From contig CM052816.1 in the NCBI GenBank assembly GCA_028534125.1, positions 49,912,001 through 49,976,000 on the forward strand: a stretch of 64,000 bases of DNA. The letters are read 5' to 3'. Under the pieces are notes generated by a model, which ran no database searches, was not told the origin of the DNA, and worked only from the letters and a program-made list of their open reading frames with translations. Positions 11,829-25,717 of the stretch are shown here, in pieces. The position numbers and the translations under genes were made by a program. Within the stretch, counting starts at the first letter, position 1. Every line of letters starts with the position of its first letter. This stretch comes from Lama glama. Its lineage: Eukaryota.

Positions 11829-14800
11829 AAAATACACTTTGCTTAACAAAACAATGAAGTACGAAATTATGTTCATGGCCTTGCCTTGTTGGATGCACAT
11901 AGGTAGTTAAAGAGCAGTAAATGCAGAAGGAATGTCAAACACTGAGAAGTTTCAATATCAGCGACTTCTGTTCTGAGTACCTCTGAGTCTGTCTAATGAC
12001 AGGACACTCATTTCCACAGGGAATAGAGAAGGCAGAAGCACTGATGAAAGAACACTAGATTCATTTTGATCATCTAGAAAAGAATTTTATGACACACTGT
12101 TGATAGTAATTATGAAATGAATAAAAGGGGAAAGGTTGGAAAATGCGAAAACGAAGCACTCAGACCCTGCTGAACATTTCCAGGAAATAAATATTTAGTT
12201 ACTCCATAGTGAGAATGCCATGTTATGTGATGTGCAATGTTTTATGCCTCACAGCACAGAAGTTATGAGAGATCAGTCAGTAATCAAAGAGTAACACCAT
12301 CCGTTAACCAAAGCAAGAGATGACGCAGAAATGATAAATGAAGTGTCTCTTTAGAGACGGAGAAAAATGAATGAAGACTTCAGACATTAAGATCCATCTG
12401 GCTCCCCCTGGGATTTCTGAGAGGATTTTACATTCACGTTTTCTCACTTGGTTTCTCCCATATTTTTATGTGCATTTAAGCCCAGAAAATGCCTTGCACC
12501 CAAATCAACAAAAATGATTAGTCCATCCAGGGAAAAGACACCAGGGATTGGCTGAGCGTTTTATCTTGGATCCAATATTGAATAGCTGTGTAACCTTGAC
12601 AAAATAACTTGACCTCCCTCTTGAGTCTTACAGGACAGAATTTAGTGAGAAACACACAAATGATTGTTGCTGAGCCCTCCTGACACATGCTGGAGAGGTG
12701 GTGTGTGTTAATGTCTTCTGTGGCTGTGTGGGTGTGGGTGTGTGTGAACTCAAGGAATGTTCCAGAGTGCTGAGAAGGCTTTCTCCCGTGTCCCTCCAGA
12801 ACCTCTTTCCAACCTGCTCAATGATGCATGGAATTCCTCAGAAGAGGAAGAGCATTTCATTCTATAATTATCATTAGGAATTAACATACAAATTGCCCTG
12901 GGAGAGATGACACGAAGAATTTCATACTGAAACTTAAAAAGATTTTAAGGAGCTCTTTTTCTGAGAGTAAATTTTGACAGGGTTAAGACGCTGAGGGGAG
13001 TGAATGCTGATGCATGGAGAAGAATAAAAAAACAAGAACACTTAGAGCACCAAAAGCACATTTCAGTCACTTCACATTTTTTCCTGAAGCTGGCTCAGGG
13101 GGGGCAACTTGGAGAAGACAGTGACACGCACTTCAAGTGCTGGTAGCAAACACCTCACCTTCATCCCCGGGGAATGCAAGCTTATAGGGCTGTCATTCGG
13201 GCCAGTTCACACTGAGAACACTTACACTTATGAGCAATGGTACCCATCCCTAGGAACTGCATCTATCTGGTTATAAAACAGCAGAAGGAATATACTGGAA
13301 CACGAGTGTTTAAAACACGAAGGGCAGTGACAGTTTAGGAAGGCTAATGTAACTTTTGCTTGTTTTTATGGAATTTTTGTGCTTTCACTTATTAGACAGC
13401 CAGAATGGAATGCATATCTTTTAAAAAATACCCATAGAATATGGGGACACTCTGGGCACTTAACACAATCTAATAATTCGTTGCTAAGGATCACAGTACA
13501 GATGGCAGATGCAATTACTAGGAGAATGTAGAGTTTCTGACAGTCTCATTTAGTCTGATTCTGATAAAATAACAATCCAATGAAAATGAGTTTCTGTGTT
13601 TTGAGGAGTATGCTGGCATATTCTGGCACATTCTACATGGAACATTAAATAATAGTGTCTTGTCCTGTATCTAATGTTATTTTCCAGTATCTCTGTCCTC
13701 AATAACCTTCAAACCCAGTTCTTCCCTGTTTTCATGAACTTTTATTTTCTTTGTCTTTTGCCACAATCATCAAGAATGAGTAAAATGAAAATGAAGTTCA
13801 GGAAGCTACTGAGCCTTTATGAGTGTATGTAGTGAATGCCGTGTTGACTCACATTCCAGAGGTCTGTGGAAAACACAGAGATGGGTACAAGGAAGTTAAA
13901 AAAATAAGCAGTTATTGACATTCCTCAGAGAGCCAGCAATCTGACACCAGGGACGAGTCCTATTTGGGAACCAGAAGGAAAAGAGATACTCCAGTCAGAA
14001 AGAGAATTAACTATATCTGGGACTACTTTGGTAATCTTTCCCACAGCCTTTCACTTGAGTGATATTTATGATGCAATTCCCACCCCCAGGGGCTTTCACA
14101 ATGGGCATCTTAAGGACACTGATGGCTTTCTGACACATTCAGGTGTTCAGAATCTCCTCCCCTTCGGCACAAAACAGCATACTTTTCAGCCTCGTTTAAC
14201 AATTCCAGAATCCCTTTAAGACTTTGCAATCCAAACTCCTGTCAATCCAACTCCTATCTTAATTACGATGGGATCGCAAAACTGCTTTAAGACTGGATGG
14301 GGAAGGAGGATGGGGAGAAAGAGGAAAGATGACTATAGTGAAATCCAGGATCTGTATACCCTAGCCTGCCACCATCGTGTGGCCATAACTGCTCATTCTT
14401 GGTATCGCTCTGAACTTAAGGACTTTCTACTGAACCCTCTTGAATAGGTCCAGGAAGGATTTTCTTAATATTAAAGCATGAATAATGAGTAGTAAGAGAC
14501 TAATGTGCCCTTTGGTATTTTAGTCTTCCAGCTGCACAAGGCATGTGGACTATCAGGACAGGGACTCCTGAATTATAGATTTACTGGGGCTCCTAAAAGT
14601 TATCTCGTTCCTACCTCTGCTTCTGCACAAACAAGTCATTCTGAAATTTTTAAATATACATACATACATACATAAATAAAATCTTGTGTAAAAACATCTT
14701 CTGACAACCATTGTCTCCCCTCAATAAAACATTCGAGTTAGAATTAGAAATTTTCTAATATGCAATCCAAGTTTGTTTGGCTGCAATTGAAGATGATTTC

Positions 14801-17800
14801 TGTTTAGTCTTGTTTCAGTATTTTTCATATTGCCTTTCTTCTTACACTTTTACATATGTACGTATAGCTTCTGTTATATCTTAGATAAAGATATTAGATG
14901 GTTTTCACCCTGATTATGAGATTAAAATTACTTAGGACTGCACATTCACTTCTGATGTTTAAGTTAGAGTGACATTTTAATCTTTTTAAATATGACTTTT
15001 TACGTGGTGTGTACCTGGGTGGTTTTCAGTACTAAGAGTGGCAATGAGGAAAATTCTGGAAGTAAAAGCTCATCTTGTGACTGGATTCCTCTGATTCAGT
15101 TTTCACAAAAACTTTGTGTCACAACTTTACTTCCCTGTTGAGTGTTTTACTTGAAACTAAGCCTATGGAAAAAAAAATACCTGTCATTTAGATGTGGATA
15201 ATATAGAAGGAGGGGGAAAATACACAGAAGATCTCTTACGGACTCACTGCTTGCTTCAGGGATATTTTTGAAAGTAGAAATTAAATCTATGACCAAAAAT
15301 GTCTGGAACCAGGGCTTTGCTGAGTTGCAGACTGTGCCTGTCTCCACAGCCAGGCTGGGGCAGCTTTGGCCACTCAGCCTGGGCTCAGGGCCACCCTAGT
15401 TGGCAGCTTTGTCAACCAGAACATGCCAGGGAGGTGGGGCTCTTGGGCAGCCCTCCTGTCTCCTCAGAACTCTGCAAGCGAAAACTCCAGTAGGATTCCT
15501 GAGAAACGTTAGACCCCATCAGCTTGAACCCTACAAGGAGCTTGCTCTCAGTAACCACCAATGCCACGTGCATCTGTTGGCTACTTTAACTCAAGTCCCC
15601 AGGGAGACTGAGGAAAAGACGGAAGTTATCAGTCTTCCCCAATTCCTGAGATATCCCTGCTCCTCCCTCCCACCTCCTATGAAGGCACGACCTTGCTCAA
15701 CCCCTTCAAAATGCCATCTAACCCTAATGCTCTAACAATCCCGCTGTTTTATTTTGTTCTGTTTTTTTAATCTATTCCTGTAACTAGATTTTTGGCAGTA
15801 AAGGAGGTTGTGAGCAGGCAACATGTGTGTAACTAAACTCATTAGTAGCAAGAGCCAGCTTAGGTCTCATGGGACTGCTACTTAAAGCAGTGGTTCCAAA
15901 CGTTGTAAAACTGCCATGAAGTGGAGATTTGGCAATATGTGTGTCAATTGGATAATTGCACACCACCAAACCAGGTCATTCAGGTCAATCATATTCCAGC
16001 TGGGAACTGAATTATTTAATCTGGCTGTCCCAAATAATCAGATTAACTCAAAAACTGCCAAACTATTAAGTTTTGGGTCTGTATACATAAAACAGTAAGA
16101 AAAGGAAGTCCTATACATTGCAGACTGTAAAAAAAATTTTTAAAGTGCCATCATATCCTTCCTATAGAGTGCTCCCTGGCCATGTTGAAGAGATGTGGCA
16201 TGCGTGTGCTACTCTGTGAATGCAGTAGACTGTACGATAATGTTACCTCTATCCTACAGTATGTTTAATATCTTCCCCTCCACAGCTTTTGCATTAGGAG
16301 AAAAATTCACAATGGAACCTGACCAACTGGAGATCTGATTATTTTTGGTGATCAAAGAAAAAACAATTGAGTTTTTCCTTATGGAACAAAATTTTAATTT
16401 GTGTCATTGGTGTGCCCGCCCTCCACCCAAGGGAAGATTAGAAGAGAGTGTGGATCCTAAAATAGGTTGTATTTCTGGACTCAACAGTGATTAATAATAG
16501 ATATCCCTAACTGCTAGACAATTAGTAGTGTTCATATATAATTCCTTTGACCCACAAGGGGAAAACTAAAAAGCTGAGTGTAAAATCTAATCAAATTTCT
16601 TACACTTTTCCCCATAGCCAAAATAGAGACTTGAAAATTTATGCCACAAAATTGCAAGGTCCCCTCACATTGAAAGAAAGGAAGAATGAAGCAGTTATCT
16701 AAAATATCATTCAAGGTCAGAGCATACCATTTCTGACTGTTTCAATTTATCTCCAGCTTTGTGCTTATTTTTCTTCCCCAGGTTCTGGAGCTTCTGTCTC
16801 AGGACTGACCTTATAATAGTTCAGATCCAGACCAATCTCAAAGCAATGGAGCCCCTCAATTCTGAGCAGATTACTCTCCTCAGGACTGATAATGTCTCAG
16901 TACCGCATTGCTGTTCATTTCCAGCACTGTCAACAAGACGGACAGTTAGCAGTCAACAGGAAAAACTCCTTTTGGTCACCCATGGTGTAGTAGCACACAT
17001 ATTATGAAACAGAACTAAGTATTTATGGTATGCTGTAAAGAAAGTTCTAATGCGATGAGTGAAAAAAACAGTGGACAATAATGTTAACCACAGACATTCA
17101 TCTATTTCATCCCCTTGTTTTTAATTTTTCCTCCCCCTCCCCAACCAGTCATTTAGATATTTCCTACAATACGTATTCATTATAGTCCATAAATATTTTA
17201 TGAATGTGCATTTAGAGAATTTGCTCTAAAGCTTGAATTTGAGCAAGGCCATCACTTAAAAAAAAGCATCGCTGACAGCTGCTGAAGTGTTAATTTCTCT
17301 GAAAGCACAGAGGGTGTTAAATAGACTTTCTCTTGCTGAATGGTAAGTTTTTAAATTTTTTTTAAAAAATGCCAAAGGGTTCTGATGCAAAGGTTTTGTT
17401 TCTGTACCCCTGACTTTCCTGAAACTTATTTTTTAAATCTTGTATTCTAAACCTAAGGCTTTCAAAAGCATTATATACATTTGGAGACCCATCAAGTGCA
17501 TGCACATTAATAACACTGAATATGATTTATTCGTAAAATTTGGGAGTGTTTTCTTATAGATAAAAATGTACTTATGGACGTGGAAAAGGGTTTTCAAATT
17601 AGTCTCATCATGTAATAGCAATGAGCGAAAATAAAAGAAGTGAAACAGTGAAGAGTATTCTTTCCATCCTGTGACCCACTCCATCCACCCACGGTAGTGG
17701 TATTCCACATGGAATAGTATTAGGCCCGTAAGTTATCACCCTTCGGTCATTTCTAGGACACACAGAAAAAGCTTAACCCAAGTAAAGTACAATCTCATCT

Positions 17801-17831
17801 TTCCTTTCAGGACATCACCATCTCTCTCTCA

Positions 17832-18015
17832 TGTTTTAGCTCAGATCCTCTAGAAAGCAGAGTCCACAACAAAAGCTTCAGTGTGGGAGGCTGGTTGGGA
17901 AGTGACTCGGGGGGAAGGAATGAGGGGCAGAGGAACCGAAGAAACATGGAAAGAGTAAAAACCAGTTCAAGGACGTGTTCCCAAAATGTCCATTAGTAGT
18001 TCACTGGGATTCATT
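17832..18015 (-). mobile_element. ERVL LTR fragment (LTR16-like)
   Basis: tgttttagctcagatcctctagaaagcagag...gttgggaagtgactc resembles the reverse of an LTR16 3' end. Confidence 0.5.
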
Positions 18016-18379
18016 TCTCTTTATTGTGGAGCGAAGCAACCTGACAAACTCATCTAGGTATAAAGTCTTCATTGGTTCACACAGTTTAGGGATGGCTGAA
18101 CCTTTAAAGCAAATCATTTCTCATATGGTGAGATTATGCATTATTTGGAGACACATTTTCATGAGAGCACTCTGCTCCATACTGACTAGAACTAACCATG
18201 GATGGAAATCACCTACTGTGCTTACATATATACATTTTCCCCATCCTCTCCTTAGATTGGTATTGTGACTCACGGTAATAATAGAACAAATCTGGTTTCT
18301 AGAAAGGATTAGGAGCTCCTCATAAAGGTAACTTCTTGGTAAGAATTCCAACTTTTCTGATTTAGTCATATCTTCTTTC

Positions 18380-19440
18380 AATTAATTTTGTTAGTTTATA
18401 TTTTTCTAGAAAAGCATAACATATCTAACCATCTTTTTCATTTGCTTATTTATGGTCTTTATCAATGCAACTCTTTCCTACTTTTTAAATTTAGTCATAT
18501 AGTTATTAATCTATGAATTTTGCTCTGAGTTACTCCCTTGACCAGATTGCATATAACTTCCTATGGTTATTGATTCCTACGTATTCTATACTGTAGCTGT
18601 GTTTCTACTTTGAACCAATAAATACTAAATATTAAGTAAATTATTTTAAGATTTCTAAGTGATTAGATTTTTAATGTTAATTTATTACTGCAAGTTTCTG
18701 ATAATAACTAAAGCATTTGCATAGGGAATATGACCCATAAAATGTCTCTTTTCAGGAATTTATTGACATGCCAATTAATGGGCAGTGGTTAAAAAAATGT
18801 TGCATTTCGGTTTTAAGGCATACATTTTAAGATATTTAAACAAATCTTACTCTTTAATTCAGAGCATGTGCATCATTATATTCTTTTGTCAAATACTACA
18901 TATTTTTAAATCTTCAATTTTTTTATTTCTTTCAATTCCTCCTTGCATTTATGACTTTTGCTTAACATAATTCAATAAAATTTTATTTAACAGATGAATC
19001 ATAACTTAATTTTTTGCATAAATTATGTAGTTTAAAATATAAAAATAAGACCTTTATTTCACTGTGCTTATTGTTTTCAACTCACTGTCTGATATTATTA
19101 CTGTAACCAATGCTTTCTTATGACTTGAACGCATTATATATGCTTTTGTACCTGCTTTAATACCTAATCCTTTTGTGTTAAAGTATGTCATTTGGGTTTT
19201 GTTTTACAGTCTAATCTTCTACTTACATTTATTATTACAATAATATTTGGTCTTACTTCCATCTGCTTGTTAAACGATTTCTCTCTTTTTTATAATGTTT
19301 TCTTAACATTTTCCTTTTTTCCCCCTAACTTGTGACATATGGACTCTTGTTTGTTTTCATATTTCCTGTTGTTTTAGACCATATGCATATTTTAAATTAC
19401 CTTCATGGTTTTTTTTTTTACATTTGAAATTATTTAATTT
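18380..19440 (-). mobile_element. Highly decayed ancient L1 fragment
   Basis: Strongly T-rich strand with remnants such as tttgttagtttatatttttctagaaa and ctatgaattttgctctgagttact (reverse L1 ORF2 N-terminal region). Confidence 0.5.
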
Positions 19441-19660
19441 CTATGTTGAGTAGGATGCATTGATTAGAAAGAGAATCTGCTGTATAGTCCACACGGAGAA
19501 GCATCAGAGTTTGCCAGCAGTAATTGAAGGAGTTAGATTATGAAATGACAAAGAATTGTGCCTACCAGTTAGACACTGAGAGGTAAAAGAAAAGAGAACA
19601 AGAACAGAGACAAGTAGAATCCATGGAATGACTTGCATCCTCTTAACCACACAACAAAGG

Positions 19661-20244
19661 TGTATTAGCTTTCTACTGCTGTTGTAACAATTACCAGAAA
19701 CGGAGTCATTTAACACAACGTGAATTTAAAATTTCACAGTTTCTATGGGTCAGAAGTCAGTGGACTCCAGGCTCCACTGAGAGTCTCACAAGGCTAATAT
19801 CAAGGTATTGGAACTGCCCCTGTTCCTTTCTGGGAGGCTCTTGGGGGAAACCTTCTTCCTTGCTCATTCAGACTGCTGGTAGAATTCAGTTCCTTACAGC
19901 TCTAGGACTGAGGTTCTGTTTCCTTGCTGGCTGTCAGGTGAGGGCTGTGTTCTCAGCATCTAGAGGCCACCTGCATTCTCTGGCTTATAGTCCCCTTCCC
20001 TAGACTTCAGTGTCAGAAATGCTGGCTTGAATCCTCACACTGTGTCTCTTGACTTCAGCTGGGAAAGATTCTTCTCTTTTGAAGCCTCACGTCATTAGAT
20101 TAGACTGAAAGGAATAGTCTCATCTCAGAATCCATTACCCTCATCACATCTGGACAGTCCTTGTGCTACGTAATGTAACCTATTTACAGGTTCTGGGGAT
20201 TAGGGAATAGACATTTTTGAGGGGCCCTTATTCAGTCTACCACA
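19661..20244 (-). mobile_element. MaLR solo LTR (MLT1E-like), full length
   Basis: TG...CA termini: tgtattagctttctactgctg ... ggggcccttattcagtctaccaca; internal tagaattcagttcctt...ggactgagg block. Confidence 0.85.
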
Positions 20245-20319
20245 GGAGGGAAAGTGAGAATACATTAGAAATCAGACCAGGTAACATTAAGGGTTCTTAT
20301 CAAAGCTTTACTGTATTGA

Positions 20320-21125
20320 GAAATGCAAATCAAAACTACAGTGAGGTATCACCTCACATGGGTCAGAATGGCCATCATTAAAAAGTCCACAAATGATAAA
20401 TGCTGGAGAGAGTGTGGAGAAAAGGGAACCCTCCTACACTGCTGGTGGGGATGTAACTTAGTACAGCGACTATGGAAACAGTATGAGATTCCTTTTACAA
20501 ACTAAAACTAGAGTCACCATATAATTCAGCAGTCCTACTCCTGGGCATATATCCAGATAAAACTCTAATTCAAAAAGATATATGCACCCCAGTGTTCATA
20601 GCAGCACTATTTACAATAGCCAAGATGTGGACATAACCTAAATGTCCATCAGCAGATGACTGGAGATGCAGTGTGTGTTTACAATGGAATACTACACAGC
20701 CATAAAAAAGAATGAAATCATGCCATTTGCAGCGAAATGGATTGACTTAGAGATTATCATACTAAGTCAGAAAGAGAAAGACAAATACCATATGATATTA
20801 CTTATATACAGAATCTTAAAAAATGACACAAATCAACTTATTTACAAAATAGAAATAGACTCAGACATAGAAAACAAATTCATGGTTTTCAAAGAGCAAA
20901 AGAAGGGTGAGGATAAATTAGGAGTTTGGAAGTAGCAGATTACACACTACTATGTGAAAATACAACAACAAGGTCCTACTGTATGGCACAGGGAACTATA
21001 CTAAATATCTTGTAATAACCTATCATGAAAAAGAATTTATAAATATCTGAATCACTATGCTGTACACCAGAAACTAACACAACACTGTAAATCAAATATG
21101 CTTCAATAAAAAAATAAATAAAATA
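20320..21125 (+). mobile_element. 5'-truncated L1 (disrupted ORF2 C-terminus, 3'UTR, A-tail) with perfect 19-bp TSD
   Basis: Translates as [21 protein letters not shown]...[18 protein letters not shown] (L1 ORF2 cysteine-rich domain) and YYTAIKKNEIMPFAAKW; TSD caaagctttactgtattga at 20301-20319 and 21126-21144. Confidence 0.95.
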
Positions 21126-22359
21126 CAAAGCTTTACTGTATTGACCTGACAAAAGAATCCTACTTTATGAAAGTGAACTATAATAAGAAAACGTACATGC
21201 AAATGAAGTGAACACTAATTAGGGGTGGGGCCACAGGTGGCCTGGAGAGTGCCACACTGAGGGTGGGCCTGGGAGGGGTCTGGAGAGGAATTCTGATAGA
21301 GACCAAGAATGATGTCAATGAAGGGGAAGAATGTGACACCTGTAAAAAGAAGTATCAAAGAGACCTGAGCATTGCAGACTTATTGCTACTCTTTCTGATC
21401 CAGGTTGGAATAGACGTTAAGTCATTAATCACGTAGTTTTACATTCAAGTTGCCTCATCTAGTTACCATGGCATTGTTGCCTAAAAGGAATCCTTATTTA
21501 TTAGGAAATGTGCCCTTAGCAAAAGCAGATGCTCAGTCTTCTGGTGCTTTGTGTAGGGTTTCAGGGCAATCTTATCAGTCTAGACCCTGGATTCTATTTC
21601 CTTCCTCTTAATACTATCTTGGAGAGTTGAACCAATCCAGGGAAATAGCAGGGAGACAACATTGTTTCCCAATGTCTGGAGTCAGGGTTGAAAGTTGTAT
21701 TAAGAGTTTCATAAAACCATTCAGGTCCCTCAAGAGAAAATGAGTCAGCAGAGTATTTTTATTTCTTTCATTCAACCTGCCTAGCTTCTCAGTGTTTTCT
21801 GTTATATCTACATTTTGCATCTAGGTCATTCTTAGTGCATTAAATTTTTATTTCATCTCTTGAGTTTTGAATTTACATTCAATTTTATTAAACAGATTTA
21901 TAGTTACTTGTGTCTGTCTTTATTAGTAATTACATCAACGGACATTTTATAAACTTTTTTTCTATGCTTCAGCTCTTAATTGAATAGACATGACATTATA
22001 TCAATATATATTATATTAATATGTGTCCAAAGTAAGAAAAGTAGAAACTTTTTTTGGAAACATTTATGTTCTGAAAATTACTTCGCAGTGCTAACATTCA
22101 ACCAAGTTCTATATGAGTTTTCTTTTCCGGCAGATTTTGGATTCACCCTTTTCTCTCCATCCAAATTTTATTCTTCCACTTTAGACTGAAATACTCAGGC
22201 TTTCACTTTTATGTTAGTCTTCAAATGTACTTCCTCCCCAGTCTCTACATTTCTATCAGTTCTTATGCTGATGACAATCCACCTTCCTAAAACATTTTGA
22301 CCTTGCTGGTTAGCTACCTGTGACTCTGCTAAAGCTGCCTGATATGTGTTACTTTTTCT

Positions 22360-22690
22360 TGGACTATCTTCTCCTTTTCTGCCCCTTAATCTAATCCTTA
22401 TATTTCTTTCAACACCAAATTCAGATTATATCTTCTTTCACCTGATGACACTTGGCAACTTCTTGTTTCAATTTATAGAACATCTATCATCCACTTCATC
22501 AACATTAGCTTAAATTATAGGAGTTTTATGCCCTTCTCTAATTGTTTCTGTGTATCTTATTTCCTCTACTGTATTCTAAGTTTTGTTAGGTCAATGATTA
22601 TTTCTTTTTTCCTTTTATGGCCTCCCCAGCACCGGGCATGGTACTATGCTCACAGTAAAAGTCTAAGAGTGATTTGTTGTTTACTGAATA
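22360..22690 (+). mobile_element. L2 LINE 3' end
   Basis: cctccccagcaccgggcatggtactatgctcacagtaa...tttgttgtttactgaat. Confidence 0.55.
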
Positions 22691-22829
22691 ACTAACAAAT
22701 AGTTTGTGCTAAATGACTCAGTTCAATAATTCAATGTAAGTTAAAATTTAAGTACAAAAAAATAAAAATACACACGTTTTAAAATAAAACTATAAAAAAG
22801 AAATGGAATGAACACTGAGCCTCCTTAGC

Positions 22830-23170
22830 CACCCTTTACCACAGTGAATGCTTTCGGTGGTGCCCCATGCATACCTTAAAAAGCATTTCCATTTATTCAC
22901 ACCGTACTAACTAGAACTCTGTTATTCACCAAATCTAGAAAAAATATACAGGAACCACACTGTATCCACTGTCCTATATTTTTTTCTCACTTACATTCCT
23001 GTCTTAGTCTGATAATCTTTCCAAATCAGTATTTTCAGATACATTTTCATTACTTTTTAATGGCTACATAGCATTTCATTGTATAAAAGTTCCAAGCACT
23101 ATCTTCCACTTATGGAATATTGACACAGTTTCCAGTTCTTTGTTATTACAAACAAAGCTGCAAACAATTA
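22830..23170 (-). mobile_element. Ancient L1 (L1ME-like) 3' fragment
   Basis: tcattactttttaatggctacatagcatttcattgtat...tttccagttctttgttattacaaacaaagctgca. Confidence 0.65.
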
Positions 23171-23469
23171 AATAGGAAGTATATACTTTAAGCAAAAATC
23201 AGTTGCTCTGAAACAAAGTATCCCCATTCTTATGCCAGAATTTATAATAGGGGAAACTCATGAAAAGGAGTATAAGACTTCTAATTCAACACCAAGGATT
23301 AACAATAAGTGATTAAACTTTGATTAAAATTCAGTTAATGAAGGGAAATACCCTATGTAGAGCTCAGTAGTGTAAAAAAGAAAAAAAGGGAACAAGTTAA
23401 CATTTACACACTTCACTTTTGTGACTGAAATTAGCATAATTGCAATACTTTTTCTTGGAATCATGGAAG

Positions 23470-24765
23470 TGACAGAGGGAGATTTGTGGATACCTGGAAG
23501 AAAAATGTTCCAGGCAAAGTCACAAAGCAAACACAAAGACTTCAGGGTGGAAACATGGAACATAAGTAGAGTGAGAAAAAGGGAGAGTAGTATGAAATAG
23601 CCAGAGAGGCTACATACTGACTTATAAACCATTTAAAATACTTTGCCTTTGTCCTGAGTGAAATGCAAAGACATCGGAGGGTTTTAAACTAACAAGTACC
23701 TTAATCTAACTTACATTTTAATAGTCATTTGCTGTTTTGAGAATACATAAAAGGGGGGCAAGGAAGCAGAGAGATTTTTCAGGAGGCTATGCAATAATCT
23801 AGACAAAACTGATTGTAGCAATGGTCTGTGAAATCTTAGCTACTGTGTAAGGCAAAAGTGAGGGCACCAGTGCGGGGGTGGACAGCGAAAAAAACAGCAG
23901 TATTGCCAACATAAAGAGTTATGAGTTTACATTTTTTTTCAGGGACTTACTGAGGACTATAGCCTAGGAGACAACTCTGGGGAAGTGGTCCAAAGAGGTA
24001 GGGGAGGAGCTGTATGAATACGATTTTTTGGCTAGGAAACACACGTAGTCAAGCATACATTTTGGTAAAAGATTACTGCTAATCACAAAGAACAACTATC
24101 TAAGTTAATGACTTTAGTGCTTTCCTATATACAAGAAGATGTGAGAATCTGGAGTTACTGTAATTCTTCCTGAGATATACATCTAACTATCTAGGGGCTG
24201 TTTACCCAAAGCACAGAGTGCCTCATCCTATTTTTCATCCTGAATTCCTTTCAGGATGCACTGTTGGTGAGCAACAGCAAAGGGCTGTGATTTAACCCTT
24301 ATATAACTCAGAGATGAGTGATGTTCTTTGTTCTTTTTTTGTTCATAGTATCAATAGAATGTAGACCCCAGTGGGGATTCTAGAGCTGGTGAAGTAGGGG
24401 TATTAGAGGAAGTGAGTCAGAAAATGGGAATTGTTGGTCTGATGGTAGGATGCTTGAAAGTGACATTATAAAGGAGATGCAGTTATTGATAATGGTATGA
24501 TGTAGATCTTGGTTACACAGCAGGAAAGAGAAGTGAGGTATAGTGGAAGGTAAGATCACTGAGCGAGAGGAGACTGAGAAATTGATAGGCCAGAGCAATG
24601 CAAGGTTCATCTACATGAGCACTGATATTCCACCAAATAATGACCAGAGTGAGGTTAGAGAATGTGCTAGTGAACCAGGAAAGAATACTTTCAAGGACTG
24701 CTAGGGAGGCACTCAGGGTGCTATGGAAGACTGCAACAAGGAGGTATGATGATGGAGCCTGATGC
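23470..24765 (-). mobile_element. L2 LINE fragments interrupted by an ERV1 LTR
   Basis: L2 motifs at about 23470-23820 (tgttccaggcaaag, cctgagtgaaatg...ggagggttttaa, aggaggcta) and about 24400-24765. Confidence 0.6.
23878..24347 (-). mobile_element. ERV1-class solo LTR (artiodactyl type)
   Basis: ggacttactgaggactatagcctaggagac...aaaagattactgctaatcacaaagaac...aagttaatgactttagtgcttt...ttcatcctgaattcc matches my recollection of a cetartiodactyl ERV1 LTR family. Confidence 0.7.
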
Positions 24766-24859
24766 AATCCTTACTCAACAGTTAAACATTTGTTTCTTGA
24801 AAAATTATTCTTGTATCTCATATAGAGTATTTTTTTAATTGTCACTATTAGCACAACCT

Positions 24860-25090
24860 AGGATCATGCTTACTGATTCCTAGAGTCAGACTGCTTGGGC
24901 TCAGATGACATCTCCTGTTTACCAGATGTGTGACCTGAGGCAAAATATCTTGTATCACCTATATATTGGAAGTAATGGAAGTACCTCCCTTACAAGGTTG
25001 TTGTGAGTCTTATTTGAGGTAATATATGTAAAGCACATAGATCAACACCTGGCACAGACTAAGTGCTATGTAAGCGTTTGCCATTAATAA
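24860..25090 (+). mobile_element. MIR SINE
   Basis: gagtcagactgcttggg...tgtgtgacctgaggcaa...aggttgttgtgag...atatgtaaagcac...cctggcacagactaagtgct. Confidence 0.8.
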
Positions 25091-25134
25091 TGTAACTTTC
25101 TTCACTTGGGTATCACAAGGCATGTCAAAAAAAT

Positions 25135-25660
25135 CATCACTGCATGCATTGTAAGTTGGCTGGAAAGAAATTTGGTGGAGAGCAATTTGTCAATGCCTTT
25201 ATTCAACAATTCTATTTCTAGGAATTTATCCTTTAGCTATACTTACTCATTTATAAAATGACATGTATACAAAGATATTCTTGCTGTGTAATTGATAATA
25301 GTGAAAAGTTTGGGAAAATGGACAACCATAGAATATACCCTATGCAGCTCTTTAAAAGAATGTGTTAGCTTCCTGTGTTGACAGAAAGTTCTCCAGGATA
25401 TACTGTTAGATTAAAAAAAATGATCAATTGCAGAACAGTGTGCATACTTTGCTAAAATTTGATATGTACATATATATTTGTCTATGTATGTGTTTGTAAA
25501 TGAATGTAGTATTTATGGAAAGTTACATACACAGGAAGCCTCTGTTCCCCTCTCGGAAGAAAACTGGGTGACTAGGAAATAGAGGTAACAGTAGCCTTAT
25601 CTTTTAAGTTTATATTTTGTAGCAGCTTTTATATTTTGTACTGTGTACATGTTCAAAAAT
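25135..25660 (+). mobile_element. Ancient L1 (L1ME-like) 3' fragment
   Basis: ggagagcaatttgtcaat...caattctatttctaggaatttatcc...atatactgttagattaaaaaaa. Confidence 0.6.
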
Positions 25661-25717
25661 TATTTTTTAAGTATGCCTTGATTCTAAAATGTCGATTTCA
25701 TACTGTGAATTTCATAA

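Noticed and set aside
13090..13110. CTCF-like G-rich motif (ggctcagggggggcaac)
   Set aside because: Poor match to the CCASYAGRKGGCRS core.
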